Below, one piece after another: positions 27,927-38,390 of a DNA stretch of 64,000 nucleotides. A program made the position numbers and the translations under genes. Below the pieces are notes generated by a model, which was not told the DNA's origin, searched no databases, and was given only the letters and a program-made list of their open reading frames with translations. Source of the stretch: Paracoccaceae bacterium (lineage in GTDB: Bacteria > Pseudomonadota > Alphaproteobacteria > Rhodobacterales > Rhodobacteraceae); the NCBI GenBank assembly GCA_038144485.1, contig JAYQNW010000014.1:523530-587529 (forward strand), written 5' to 3'. Position 1 is the stretch's first letter, and each line of letters begins with the position of its first letter.

Positions 27927-29315
27927 ATGTCTGATACATCCTCAAACCAAATGTGGGGTGGCCGCTTTGCTTCTGGTCCTGATGCCATCATGGAAGCAAT
28001 TAATGCATCAATCGGTTTTGACCAGCGAATGGCGTCCCAAGACATCCAAGGTTCAAGAGCCCACGCCGCAATGCTTGCCGCGCAGGGTATTTTGACAGAT
28101 AGCGAAGCCGAGGCCATTCGGGAAGGGCTTCTCACGGTATTGTCAGAGATTGAAACAGGAAAATTTGAATTTTCCGCTGCACTTGAAGATATTCATATGA
28201 ACGTCGAAGCGCGTCTGAAAACCCTAATTGGGGAACCCGCAGGGCGTTTGCATACGGCGCGGTCACGCAATGATCAAGTGGCAACGGATTTTCGTCTGTG
28301 GGTGCGTGATCAATATGATGCACTGGATGATGCGATTACGGCACTGATCCGTGCCTTTTTGGATCAGGCACAGTCGGGATATGATTGGGTGATGCCCGGA
28401 TTTACCCATTTGCAAACAGCACAACCTGTCACATGGGGGCATCATATGATGGCCTATGTTGAAATGTTGGGTCGCGATCTAAGCCGTCTGCGCGATGCGC
28501 GGGCACGGATGAATGAATGCCCATTGGGGTCTGCGGCCTTGGCTGGAACATCCTTTAATATTGACCGTCACATGACGGCTGCGGAATTGGGATTTGCTCG
28601 TCCAACATCAAATTCATTAGACGCGGTCAGTGATCGTGATTTTGCATTGGAATTCCTGTCGTTTGCATCAATCTGCGCGATGCACCTCAGCCGCTTTGCA
28701 GAAGAATTGGTTATCTGGTCCTCGGCGCAATTCCGATTTGTGACCTTGTCAGATCGCTTTTCGACAGGCTCTTCCATTATGCCGCAAAAGAAAAACCCTG
28801 ATGCGGCCGAATTGATCCGTGCAAAAATTGGGCGCATCTTTGGGGCAAATGTCGCCTTGATGATGGTGATGAAGGGGCTTTCGCTAACCTATTCCAAGGA
28901 TATGCAAGAAGATAAGGAACAGGTGTTTGACGCGGCTGATAACCTGATGCTGGCACTTGCCGCGATGGAGGGCATGGTCAAAGACATGACCGCAAACCGC
29001 GATGCATTGGCGGCCTCTGCGGGATCTGGGTTTTCGACGGCAACGGATTTGGCCGATTGGTTGGTGCGTGCACTAAATATGCCGTTCCGTGATGCCCATC
29101 ATGTGACAGGATCATTGGTTGCCATGGCCGAACAGGCGGGATGTGATTTGGCCGAACTTAGCCTAGAACAAATGCAAACTGTGCACTCCGACATCAATGA
29201 GGATGTTTATAACGTCCTTTCGGTTGAGGCCTCGGTTGCATCGCGCATGTCCTATGGTGGCACCGCGCCCGCGCAGGTGTTGGTACAAATCCAACGTTGG
29301 CGTGATCAGTTATGA
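27927..29315 (+). CDS. argH: Argininosuccinate lyase
   Basis: 462 aa with [15 protein letters not shown] and the [12 protein letters not shown] signature. Confidence 0.95.
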   Translation: MSDTSSNQMWGGRFASGPDAIMEAINASIGFDQRMASQDIQGSRAHAAMLAAQGILTDSEAEAIREGLLTVLSEIETGKFEFSAALEDIHMNVEARLKTLIGEPAGRLHTARSRNDQVATDFRLWVRDQYDALDDAITALIRAFLDQAQSGYDWVMPGFTHLQTAQPVTWGHHMMAYVEMLGRDLSRLRDARARMNECPLGSAALAGTSFNIDRHMTAAELGFARPTSNSLDAVSDRDFALEFLSFASICAMHLSRFAEELVIWSSAQFRFVTLSDRFSTGSSIMPQKKNPDAAELIRAKIGRIFGANVALMMVMKGLSLTYSKDMQEDKEQVFDAADNLMLALAAMEGMVKDMTANRDALAASAGSGFSTATDLADWLVRALNMPFRDAHHVTGSLVAMAEQAGCDLAELSLEQMQTVHSDINEDVYNVLSVEASVASRMSYGGTAPAQVLVQIQRWRDQL

Positions 29316-29410
29316 AGCGGTTTTTGATGTCTCTTTCGCTTGCGCTTTTGGTTTTTTCTTGCGGTGCGGACGGCGCGCCATATCTTTCGGATGCGGAAAC
29401 AAGCGAATAA
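29312..29410 (+). CDS. Small putative lipoprotein (32 aa), in an LptM/YifL-like position
   Basis: Hand-translated: [32 protein letters not shown]. This is a signal peptide with a lipobox-like VFSC. ATGA overlap with the argH stop. Confidence 0.45.
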   Translation: MKRFLMSLSLALLVFSCGADGAPYLSDAETSE

Positions 29411-29456
29411 TCCAGTCACGTCGTAAAATTGGTTTTCATAAAAACAGGATCACAAA

Positions 29457-30626
29457 ATGAGCACGCTACAATTTGCCAAGGGAATTTCACGTTTGGGAAC
29501 CGAGTCTGCCTTTACGGTATTGGCGCGTGCCCAACAGCTGGCAGCCAGTGGTCAAGACATCATTAACCTTGGCATTGGACAGCCTGATTTCAGAACGCCT
29601 GAACACATCGTGCAGGCGGGGATCAAGGCATTACAGGATGGTCATCATGGTTATACCCCCGCAAATGGTTTGCCCGTCCTGCGCGAGGCTGTGGCGGCAG
29701 ATTTGGAAAAACGTCACGGCGCACAGGTGAACCCAGACAATGTCATCGTCGTGCCAGGCGGCAAACCAACGATGTTCTTTGCCGTTCTCATGTTTGGCGA
29801 AGAGGGGGCAGAAATCATGTACCCCAACCCAGGTTTCCCAATTTATGAATCGGTTATCAAATATTCAGGCGCCACGCCTGTGCCCATCGCATTGAAAGAG
29901 GAAAATGGTTTCGCCTTTGATGCTGATACGGTTCTGTCGCAGATCACAGAGCGCACGCGCCTAATCATCATCAATTCGCCTGCAAACCCAACAGGTGGCG
30001 TCACGCCAAAGGTAGAGATTGATAAACTGGTTGCAGGGTTGGGGAAACATCCACAGGTCGCGATTTTATCGGACGAGATTTATTCACAGATGTTATATGA
30101 TGGGCGCGAACACGTCAGCCTATTGAATTATCCTGAAATTCGGGACCGTTTGATTGTATTGGATGGGTGGTCAAAAACCTATGCGATGACTGGATGGCGC
30201 ATGGGCTTTGCAGTTTGGCCCGATGCGATGGTCGAACCTGTGACACGTCTGTGCATCAATGATCATTCTTGCGTCAATGCATCTGCGCAATTTGCAGGGC
30301 TTGCCGCACTGACAGGGCCGCAAGATGCCGTGATCGAAATGGTCGCCCAGTTTGATGACCGCCGCAAGGCAATCGTTGCGGCACTGAATGATTTGCCGGG
30401 TGTGACATGTACGGATGCGGCAGGGGCCTTTTATGCCTTCCCTAATATTACGCAGACGGGTTTAACGGCAGCACAGGCGCAGGATTTGTTTTTGGACAAA
30501 GCTGGGGTTGCCACGATTGCGGGAACCAGCTTTGGCGCATATGGCGAAGGCTATGTTCGGTTTTCTTATGCAAATAGCAAAGAAAACATTCTACGTGCGA
30601 TTGAACGTATTCGCGCAGTTCTATAA
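29457..30626 (+). CDS. Class I/II pyridoxal-phosphate aminotransferase (aspartate aminotransferase-like)
   Basis: 389 aa with NPxNPTG (SPANPTGG) and SKTYAMTGWRMG containing the PLP lysine. Confidence 0.85.
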   Translation: MSTLQFAKGISRLGTESAFTVLARAQQLAASGQDIINLGIGQPDFRTPEHIVQAGIKALQDGHHGYTPANGLPVLREAVAADLEKRHGAQVNPDNVIVVPGGKPTMFFAVLMFGEEGAEIMYPNPGFPIYESVIKYSGATPVPIALKEENGFAFDADTVLSQITERTRLIIINSPANPTGGVTPKVEIDKLVAGLGKHPQVAILSDEIYSQMLYDGREHVSLLNYPEIRDRLIVLDGWSKTYAMTGWRMGFAVWPDAMVEPVTRLCINDHSCVNASAQFAGLAALTGPQDAVIEMVAQFDDRRKAIVAALNDLPGVTCTDAAGAFYAFPNITQTGLTAAQAQDLFLDKAGVATIAGTSFGAYGEGYVRFSYANSKENILRAIERIRAVL

Positions 30627-30656
30627 TCACAGCGCGATGAATTAGGGTAAAAGTCC

Positions 30657-31922
30657 ATGGATCACTTTTTATATAAAAACGGCGTGCTGCATGCTGAGGA
30701 TGTTGCGATCCCCGATATCGTCGCGTCGGTTGGGGCGCCGTTTTATGTGTATTCAACGGCGACACTGACCCGTCATTTTCAGTTGTTTGATGATGCATTG
30801 GCAGGCATGGACCATTTGGTTTGCTACGCGATGAAGGCCGCGTCAAATCAGGCGATTTTGCAAACGCTTGCGAAATTGGGCGCGGGCATGGATGTTGTTT
30901 CAGGGGGCGAATACGCCCGTGCGCGGGCCGCTGGTGTGCCTGGGGAACGCATCGTCTTTTCAGGGGTTGGTAAAACACGCGATGAAATGCGGCTTGCGAT
31001 GACAGGTGGCATTCGTCAGTTCAACGTGGAAAGCGAGCCTGAAATGGCTGTGCTGTCCGCAGTTGCAACGGAATTGGGGGTTAAGGCACCCATCACGATC
31101 CGTGTGAACCCCGATGTTGATGCAAAAACGCATGCAAAAATCGCGACAGGGAAGTCAGAAAACAAATTCGGCATCCCCATCTCTCGGGCACGTGAGGTCT
31201 ATGCGCAGGCGGCGGCTTTGCCGGGTATTGATGTGATTGGGATTGATGTCCATATCGGTAGCCAGTTGTCCCAGCTTGAACCATTTGAATTGGCCTATCA
31301 AAAGGTGGCTGAACTGACCGAAACATTGCGGGCAGATGGCCATGACATCCGTCGTTTGGATCTGGGTGGCGGCTTGGGCATCCCCTATACGCGTTCAAAC
31401 GAAGCGCCGCCATTGCCCACAGATTACGGCGCCATGGTAAAACGCGTGTTGGGACATTTGAACTGCGAAATCGAAATCGAACCGGGCCGATTGATTGCGG
31501 GGAATGCAGGTATTCTTGTGTCGCAGGTGATTTATGTGAAAGAGGGTGAGGATCGCAAATTCCTGATCCTTGATGCCGCGATGAATGATTTGATCCGTCC
31601 TGCGATGTATGATGCGCACCATGATATTGAACCCGTCATCGAACCACAGGCGGGGGCGGAACGTGCCACATATGATGTCGTCGGTCCCGTTTGCGAATCT
31701 GGGGATACATTTGCCAAGGGCCGCGAAATGGCACAGATGAACGCAGGTGATTTGGTCGCCTTCCGCTCGGCCGGGGCCTATGGCGCGGTGATGTCCAGTG
31801 AATATAACACACGGCCCTTGATCCCAGAGGTGATGGTCAATGGTTCGAAATTCGCGGTGATCCGCTCACGTCCATCATTTGACGAAATCATTAATCGCGA
31901 TACCATCCCAGAGTGGCTATAG
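30657..31922 (+). CDS. lysA: Diaminopimelate decarboxylase
   Basis: 421 aa with YAMKA (PLP lysine), GGGLGI, EPGR and CESGD motifs. Confidence 0.95.
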   Translation: MDHFLYKNGVLHAEDVAIPDIVASVGAPFYVYSTATLTRHFQLFDDALAGMDHLVCYAMKAASNQAILQTLAKLGAGMDVVSGGEYARARAAGVPGERIVFSGVGKTRDEMRLAMTGGIRQFNVESEPEMAVLSAVATELGVKAPITIRVNPDVDAKTHAKIATGKSENKFGIPISRAREVYAQAAALPGIDVIGIDVHIGSQLSQLEPFELAYQKVAELTETLRADGHDIRRLDLGGGLGIPYTRSNEAPPLPTDYGAMVKRVLGHLNCEIEIEPGRLIAGNAGILVSQVIYVKEGEDRKFLILDAAMNDLIRPAMYDAHHDIEPVIEPQAGAERATYDVVGPVCESGDTFAKGREMAQMNAGDLVAFRSAGAYGAVMSSEYNTRPLIPEVMVNGSKFAVIRSRPSFDEIINRDTIPEWL

Positions 31923-31976
31923 TGTCAGTATCTAGGGTCGGAGGTATCTCTGTCAGGGTTTCAACATCTACGTAGC

Positions 31977-34442
31977 GTGCCGCGTGCGCGTTGGGCCATT
32001 TGGCTAACCTACGCAGCTTTGGTTGCGCAGGGATTTATGCGTGCCTTCTGGCCACTTTATTCAATCGTTTTGGCAACCGCTGGTTTATATTTTCTCGGCC
32101 TTGCGGAATCGCTGTCGATTGAGGCGGTTTGGATCCTCTCTTTAACGATTGGATTGTCCCTGATCTTGGCCATCTATCGTGGGCTTCGCACTCTCTCATT
32201 GCCGACCTTGTTTGATGCTGAACGCATCGTGGATCAGGCCCTGCGCAATCATCCGATCTCTGTTTTGCGCGAAACTGGATTTGTTGGAACGAACCACCAA
32301 GGCGCAGACGCACTTTGGGCCGCGCATATGGATCAAATGCAGCAAGAGGCCCAGCAGGCAAAAACGCAACCTGTTGATTTTCGCCTATCGCGCATGGACC
32401 CGTTTGGATTGCGCTATATCGCGCTGTTGTTTGCCACGATGGGTGTTTTGTTTGGATCCCTTTCACGCGTGGCTGACTTGGCGATTTCACCGGCCTCCGC
32501 CATGCAAATGCCAAATGCAATTACATGGGAGGGTTGGGTCACGCCGCCTGATTATACAGGATTGCCCCAACTCTATCTGAATGATCTGACGGACCGCGAC
32601 ACATTGGAATTGCTGGCAGGATCACGTATTTTGATCCATTTTTACGGTGCTGTGGGCGATCACATCCTAACCGAAACCGTGTCTCGTCGTATTCAGGATG
32701 TTCCGCCGGCAACCGATCAGAAACAGGAATTCACCATCGCGCAAGCGGGTGAGATTGCGATCACTGGTCAAAATGCACAGGTTTGGTCTGTGACCCTACG
32801 TGCCGATGACAGGCCCACAGTGACGCTGGATCAGGCATTTGAAACAGATTTCTTTGGTGTTTCAAAGTTGGGCTATCGCGTGACGGACGATTATGGTGTG
32901 ACAGAAATCAGCGCAAAAATCGTGCTGGATATTGATCAGCTTGATCGCAGATACGGACTTCGCGTTTCCCCAGATACAAACGAACCGATGATCGTCGAAA
33001 TCCCTCTGCCCATCGCGGGGAGCCGGAAGGATTTTGCCGAAATTTGGCAATCGGATTTTTCAAAAGACGTCTGGGTGCATATGCCCGTTGTCATGACCTT
33101 GTCTGCGCGTGACGCCGCGGGGCAGTGGGGACAATCAGATCCCATGATGTTGGATTTGCCGGGGCGTCGGTTTTTTGATCCTCTTGCCTCCTCGATCATC
33201 GAAATGCGGCGTGATTTACTGTGGTCTGCGAAAAATACAGATCGCGTCGCCCGCATGATGCGGATGGTGCGCTATCAGCCAGAAACAGAGTTTCGGGACA
33301 GCGCGGATTTAATGCGGTTTTCCGTAATCCTAGATGCCTTGGAAATTGCGCGTGACGACGGTATCTTGGATGCGAAATTACCCCAGATCACCGAAGATTT
33401 GTGGTCGCTTGCCATTGAGATTGAAGAGGGCGATGTTGATGATGCCCTTCAGCGCATGCGCGAAGCGCAAGAACGCCTAAGCCAAGCGATGAAAAATGGG
33501 GCCTCCCCCCAAGAGATTGAACGCCTGATGCAAGAGCTGAAAGAGGCGAATGAAAATTACATGCGCCAATTGCGTCAACAAAGCGAACGCGCCGAACGCA
33601 ATGAATTTGATCAATCGACCCCCGGCGAACAAATGAACATGGACATGGCTGACATTCAGGCCATGATGGATCGCATCCAAGAATTGATGGAGCAGGGCCG
33701 CATGGCCGAAGCCCAGCAAGCCTTGGAAGAATTACAACAGATGATGGAAAATCTGCGCCTAAGTGAAAGCAATCAGGGCGGAGAAGGCGGGCAAAGCAGC
33801 GCCCAAGGGTTGGCCGATCTTCTGCAGGATCAACAAGATTTATCGGACGATGCGTTCAATGATCTACAAGAAGAGTTTTCAAACCCGAACGGCCAAGAAG
33901 GCCAAGGCGAACAAAACGGAGAAAGTGAACAGCAGCAGGGCCAAGGCGAACAGCAGGGCAGCGATTTTGCAGATCGTCAGGGCCAGCTTCGCGAACGTTT
34001 AGAAAACGAACGTTCAAACATCGAAGGTGCGCTGGGTGACGAGGGTCAAGATGCACAGCGCTCATTAGAGCAGGCGGATCGCGCCATGCGCCGTGCCGAA
34101 GAGGCGCTTGAAAATGGGGATTTGGACGGAGCTGTCGATCAGCAGGCGCAGGCGATGGATGCCTTACGTCAGGGTATTCGCGATGTTAATCGCGCCCAGC
34201 GTTCAGAAAATTCGGACGTGCAACAAGGCAACAGCGATCAAGAAACGGGACAGGGGCGTGATCCATTGGGGCGCCCGCAAGGGGGCGAAGGATCCTCGGG
34301 TACAGCAGAGGCACGCCGCGATGGTCAAGACCCAGAAGCGCAAGCCGCCGAATTGTTAGAAGAAATTCGCCGCCGTGCAGGCGAACGGGACCGCAGCGAA
34401 AGCGAACGCGATTACCTTAAACGCCTGTTAGATTTGTTCTAA
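31977..34442 (+). CDS. TIGR02302/DUF4175-type alphaproteobacterial membrane protein with a low-complexity acidic/Q-rich tail
   Basis: 821 aa with a GTG start, N-terminal TM helices, and a C-terminal third rich in E/Q/G repeats (QGEQNGESEQQQGQGEQQG). Its position after lysA is conserved, as I recall for this family. Confidence 0.7.
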   Translation: MPRARWAIWLTYAALVAQGFMRAFWPLYSIVLATAGLYFLGLAESLSIEAVWILSLTIGLSLILAIYRGLRTLSLPTLFDAERIVDQALRNHPISVLRETGFVGTNHQGADALWAAHMDQMQQEAQQAKTQPVDFRLSRMDPFGLRYIALLFATMGVLFGSLSRVADLAISPASAMQMPNAITWEGWVTPPDYTGLPQLYLNDLTDRDTLELLAGSRILIHFYGAVGDHILTETVSRRIQDVPPATDQKQEFTIAQAGEIAITGQNAQVWSVTLRADDRPTVTLDQAFETDFFGVSKLGYRVTDDYGVTEISAKIVLDIDQLDRRYGLRVSPDTNEPMIVEIPLPIAGSRKDFAEIWQSDFSKDVWVHMPVVMTLSARDAAGQWGQSDPMMLDLPGRRFFDPLASSIIEMRRDLLWSAKNTDRVARMMRMVRYQPETEFRDSADLMRFSVILDALEIARDDGILDAKLPQITEDLWSLAIEIEEGDVDDALQRMREAQERLSQAMKNGASPQEIERLMQELKEANENYMRQLRQQSERAERNEFDQSTPGEQMNMDMADIQAMMDRIQELMEQGRMAEAQQALEELQQMMENLRLSESNQGGEGGQSSAQGLADLLQDQQDLSDDAFNDLQEEFSNPNGQEGQGEQNGESEQQQGQGEQQGSDFADRQGQLRERLENERSNIEGALGDEGQDAQRSLEQADRAMRRAEEALENGDLDGAVDQQAQAMDALRQGIRDVNRAQRSENSDVQQGNSDQETGQGRDPLGRPQGGEGSSGTAEARRDGQDPEAQAAELLEEIRRRAGERDRSESERDYLKRLLDLF

Positions 34443-35326
34443 CTATTGCGCGCGCGTGCTTGGTCCGCTTGGGCCTGCAACCACGTCAAAAATCCCGAAG
34501 TTTGATCCGACAATGCTGCGCGCCATTGATCAATTTGCGCAACATAGGCATCCAGATAGGGGGCAAGTTGCGGGACGTTTGATGCGATCAAATCGGCGTA
34601 GGCATAGACCGCAACCACCAACAGCAACAGGATGATGGCCGCACGAAACCCACGCCGACCTGCGGCATTTTTTTGCGCCTGTGTTTCGGGCTCTTCTTTG
34701 TTCGCTGATTTTTTATCCCGTCGAAGGGTCGAATTTATTTCTTCAATATCTGGCAACAGATCACGGCGGGATGCTGGCGCATCTGATGCCGTATCTTTGT
34801 ACATTTCATCCAGATCGTCCAACTTTGGGTCTATATACCCGCTATTCTTGGGTTGTGGATCAGATGTGGGTTCATCCGCATCAAGGGCAAATTCGTCTTG
34901 ATGTTCGAATGTTTCAGCCGCGCGTTGTTCGCGTTCACGCTGGGCTTCTTCGCGCAGGATATCCGCAACAGAGGGGTCAATTTCGCGTTTGCTGCGCTCA
35001 TGCGTGATCGCAGGCGCAGGCGTAATTTCCGGATCATCCTCTGCAATTGTATCCAGTTCTTGATCAAGAGCGCGTTCAAATTCATCGTCAATCGGTTCAG
35101 GTTCGGGAACCGCATCAGATTGAGAGGAGACTGGTGCCGCTTCTGGCTCTGTCTGCGCGAAATGCTCCTTTAGCGTTTGTGCAACATCCGTTTGTGGTTC
35201 GGCGTTAGGATGGGTTTGAAACCATGTTTCCTGACAGTTGGAACATTGCACATCTCGCCCCTCGGCAGGAATGACATCCGCCGGCACTTCATATTGGGCC
35301 GAACAATTCGGGCAGATCAGTCGCAT
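34439..35326 (-). CDS. MJ0042-type zinc-ribbon protein with an acidic linker and a C-terminal TM segment
   Basis: The N-terminus MRLICPNCSAQYEVPADVIPAEGRDVQCSNCQETWF carries two CxxC pairs. The C-terminal region contains the hydrophobic stretch AAIILLLLVVAVYAYA. Confidence 0.75.
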   Translation of the reverse strand: MRLICPNCSAQYEVPADVIPAEGRDVQCSNCQETWFQTHPNAEPQTDVAQTLKEHFAQTEPEAAPVSSQSDAVPEPEPIDDEFERALDQELDTIAEDDPEITPAPAITHERSKREIDPSVADILREEAQREREQRAAETFEHQDEFALDADEPTSDPQPKNSGYIDPKLDDLDEMYKDTASDAPASRRDLLPDIEEINSTLRRDKKSANKEEPETQAQKNAAGRRGFRAAIILLLLVVAVYAYADLIASNVPQLAPYLDAYVAQIDQWRAALSDQTSGFLTWLQAQADQARARNS

Positions 35327-35415
35327 TTCATCCCCTAAATCAAGCTCTTCTCTTGCATGCCTATCTATTATTCTATGAATATCAGTTACATCAGAAAAGT
35401 GCTAAAGGTAAATAA

Positions 35416-36159
35416 ATGTCTGATTGCATCCTGTGCGGTGCTCAGGCACAACAGGGCAGCGACGTTAAAAGTGGGGCGGATGTGATAGAATTAGACGCAG
35501 TGGCCTATAGCTACGGGGGTGGTGAACTGCTCTCGGATATGTCGCTTACGATCACACCAGGTGCATTTTATTTTCTAACGGGTCCGTCGGGCGCGGGAAA
35601 AACCACATTTTTGAAAATGTGCTATGCTGCTTTGAAACCCACATCGGGTGCATTGAAATTGTTTGGTCAAGACGTGCGCACAATGGAACGCAATGATATC
35701 GCGTTGGTGCGCCGTCGCATTGGCGTTGTGCATCAAGATTGCCAATTTATCGACCATCTCAGCGTCGCGGATAACATTGCGCTTCCCTTATCTGTTTCAG
35801 GACAAGATAACTGGGATGATACCACCAACCTGAAAGAATTGTTGGCGTGGGTCGGGCTTAGCCATCGGGCAAATGCCCTCCCCCCTGAATTATCGGGGGG
35901 GGAACGACAACGCGCGGCCCTTGCGCGTGCAATAATCATGTCGCCCGATATTGTGTTAGCCGACGAACCGACAGGCAATGTGGATTGGGAAATGTCCGAA
36001 CGTTTGTTGCGGTTGTTATTGGAATTGAACCGTATGGGGAAAACCGTGGTCATTGCCAGCCACGACCTAAGCCTTATTCGATCGGCCAAATCACAGGTTC
36101 AGGCGCGGGTTCTGCGGATTGCGAATAAACGTCTACAGCTTGCGGGTGCGAACTTATGA
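35416..36159 (+). CDS. ftsE: Cell-division ABC ATPase FtsE
   Basis: Walker A GPSGAGKTT, LSGGERQR, Walker B VLADEPTGNVD. The start is ambiguous (ATG 35416 or in-frame GTG 35482). Confidence 0.85.
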   Translation: MSDCILCGAQAQQGSDVKSGADVIELDAVAYSYGGGELLSDMSLTITPGAFYFLTGPSGAGKTTFLKMCYAALKPTSGALKLFGQDVRTMERNDIALVRRRIGVVHQDCQFIDHLSVADNIALPLSVSGQDNWDDTTNLKELLAWVGLSHRANALPPELSGGERQRAALARAIIMSPDIVLADEPTGNVDWEMSERLLRLLLELNRMGKTVVIASHDLSLIRSAKSQVQARVLRIANKRLQLAGANL

Positions 36160-37061
36160 GCGCGCTTTTTTCGACCCTTGCCGCGTTATTCGTGGGCGAT
36201 TTGCAACGTGATCGCGTTGTCCCTGCCAGCGGATATACTTCGACGTTGACCAGTTTAACCGCGGCTGCAATGGCGTTTCTGGTAGTTTTTGCATTGGCAC
36301 TTTCCCTTGCATCCTATCGCTTGGCTCAGGACTGGTCCGAGGCGTTGGAACAATCCGCAACTTTGCGCATTTCGGCCCCTGTCGAACAATTGGATGCACA
36401 GGTTGCCCGCGCGATTGAAATTTTGGAAACAACGCCTGGTGTTGCCTCGGCACGTGCGCTCAGCAGTGAGGAGCAGTCCGATTTATTGACTCCTTGGCTG
36501 GGGGTCGATGTTCCCTTTGATAAACTGCCCCTGCCGCGTTTGATTGAAATTGTTCAGACGCCTGATGGATTTGATCCGCAAGGTTTGCGTTTGCGCCTAA
36601 CGGGGGAATTGCCCAGTGCGGTGTTGGACGACCACGTACGTTGGCGCCGTCCATTGGTTCAGGCGGCGAACTGGCTTTCTGTGCTTGGGGTGGTGGCCAT
36701 TGGCTTGATTGGATTGACCAGTGGCGCGATGATCATTCTGGCGGCACGCGCGGCATTGGCAGCCAATGCACAGGTGATCACTGTGTTGCGCCTGATCGGG
36801 GCAACAGATGCCTATATCGAGGCCGCCTTTGTGCGACGGTTTGCGTTTCGCACATTTATCGGCGCTGTTGTGGGCACTGTAATTGGGGCGGGTGTTGTCG
36901 CGCTCTTCCCCGGCGAAGAAGAACAAGCCGCCATTTTAACGGGTCTGCGGTTAAGTGGCGTTGAATGGATGTGGCTGGTACTGATCCCGCCCATTTTATC
37001 CTCAATCGCCTTTAGCGCGACACGATATGCGGCGAACCGCGTTTTAAAAGGACTGACATAA
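36156..37061 (+). CDS. ftsX: FtsX-like permease
   Basis: 301 aa with a 4-nt overlap with ftsE, a periplasmic loop after TM1, and three C-terminal TM helices. Confidence 0.8.
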   Translation: MSALFSTLAALFVGDLQRDRVVPASGYTSTLTSLTAAAMAFLVVFALALSLASYRLAQDWSEALEQSATLRISAPVEQLDAQVARAIEILETTPGVASARALSSEEQSDLLTPWLGVDVPFDKLPLPRLIEIVQTPDGFDPQGLRLRLTGELPSAVLDDHVRWRRPLVQAANWLSVLGVVAIGLIGLTSGAMIILAARAALAANAQVITVLRLIGATDAYIEAAFVRRFAFRTFIGAVVGTVIGAGVVALFPGEEEQAAILTGLRLSGVEWMWLVLIPPILSSIAFSATRYAANRVLKGLT

Positions 37062-37062
37062 C

Positions 37063-37785
37063 ATGTTTCAATGGCTTCGATCTTTGATCTTTACTGTGCA
37101 GATGTATCTGATGATGGCGGTCATTGGGATCGGCATGCTGCCCTTGGCACTATGGAAACAGAAATATGTTTATTTAACCGTGCATACCTATTGCCGCTGG
37201 GTGATTTGGACCGCAGGTTGGATGGTTGGCCTGAAAACCGAATTTCGTGGCAAGCCCCCAACAGAAGAGGCCTTGGTTGCCGCCAAGCACCAAAGTTTCT
37301 TGGATGTTCTGATGATTGCGTCACAAATTCCACAGCCCAAGTATATCATGAAATCCTCGCTTAAACATGTTCCTGTTTTGGGGTGGTTTGGGAAACTGAC
37401 AGGATCGGTTCCCGTTGAACGGGGCAAACGCGCAGAAGCGATCAAACAAATGATGGATGGCGTCAAAAGCGGAAAGGTCCCAGGGGGCCAGTTGGTGATT
37501 TACCCCCAAGGAACACGCGTTGCCCCGGGCGATCATAAACCCTATAAGGTGGGTAGTGCGGTGTTATACACGGAATTGGGGCAGCGGTGCTATCCTGTGG
37601 CCTGTAATGTTGGCGTATTTTGGCCGCGCTATGGTATTTTGAAAAAGCCGGGGACAGCGGTCATAGAATTCCTTGATCCGATTGAACCGGGATTAGAGAA
37701 AAACGCGTTCATGTCGCATCTAGAGGACGTGGTTGAAACGCGTTCAAAGGAATTGATGCGCGATGCTGGATTTAAATTCGATTGA
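37063..37785 (+). CDS. plsC: 1-acyl-sn-glycerol-3-phosphate acyltransferase
   Basis: 240 aa with the HX4D motif (KHQSFLDV) and YPQGTR. Confidence 0.8.
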   Translation: MFQWLRSLIFTVQMYLMMAVIGIGMLPLALWKQKYVYLTVHTYCRWVIWTAGWMVGLKTEFRGKPPTEEALVAAKHQSFLDVLMIASQIPQPKYIMKSSLKHVPVLGWFGKLTGSVPVERGKRAEAIKQMMDGVKSGKVPGGQLVIYPQGTRVAPGDHKPYKVGSAVLYTELGQRCYPVACNVGVFWPRYGILKKPGTAVIEFLDPIEPGLEKNAFMSHLEDVVETRSKELMRDAGFKFD

Positions 37786-38389
37786 ATATTTACAAACGGT
37801 TGAGGGGCTAGAGGCCCTCTATGGGGATGCGGCTCCTGCTTCGATTAGAAAAGTTGTGGATCGGATCACGCCGAAATATTGGCAGTGGATATCATCATCC
37901 CGCTTCTGTGTTCTGACAACGGTGGGTCCTGCGGGCACTGACGGCAGTCCGCGGGGGGATGATGGTCCAACTGTCATTGCACTTGATGAACACACACTGG
38001 CAATGCCCGATTGGCGTGGAAATAATCGATTGGATAGTCTTCGCAATATTGTTGAGGATGGGCGCGTGTCGCTATTGTTCCTGATCGGGGGGGAAATTTT
38101 TGCGGTTCGGGTGAATGGAATTGCGCGCCTAAGTGCCGACGCTAAATTGTGTGCATTATTCGAAAAGGACGGGCACATCCCCAAAACCGTCATCGTGATC
38201 AAGGTGGTTGAAATCTATTCGCAATGTTCACGTGCCTTGATGCGCTCGGGCCTTTGGTCGCAAACCCGCCCATCGGATTTGCCCACTGCAGGTGATTTGT
38301 TAAAAGAGGCGAGCCAAGGGGATTTGGGTGGCCCCCAATACGACAGCGATCAGGCCAAAAGATCCATGAACACATTATGGAGCGATTGA
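37763..38389 (+). CDS. PPOX-class (pyridoxamine 5'-phosphate oxidase-like) FMN-binding protein
   Basis: 208 aa with SPRGD, NNRLDSLRNI and the overall layout of the MSMEG_1061-like family. Confidence 0.6.
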   Translation: MLDLNSIEYLQTVEGLEALYGDAAPASIRKVVDRITPKYWQWISSSRFCVLTTVGPAGTDGSPRGDDGPTVIALDEHTLAMPDWRGNNRLDSLRNIVEDGRVSLLFLIGGEIFAVRVNGIARLSADAKLCALFEKDGHIPKTVIVIKVVEIYSQCSRALMRSGLWSQTRPSDLPTAGDLLKEASQGDLGGPQYDSDQAKRSMNTLWSD

Positions 38390-38390
38390 T

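Noticed and set aside
27905-28135. N-terminal 77-aa extension of the tlpA ORF in the track.
   Set aside because: The extension overlaps the argH coding region antisense. The ATG at 27904 gives a proper signal peptide.
29197-29460. 87-aa plus-strand ORF spanning the argH end and the following spacer.
   Set aside because: It is out of frame with argH, Arg/Cys-rich and lacks motifs. The 32-aa lipoprotein frame explains the spacer better.
30448-30978. 176-aa minus-strand ORF antisense to the aminotransferase/lysA junction.
   Set aside because: Antisense shadow ORF with Pro/His/Arg-rich composition.
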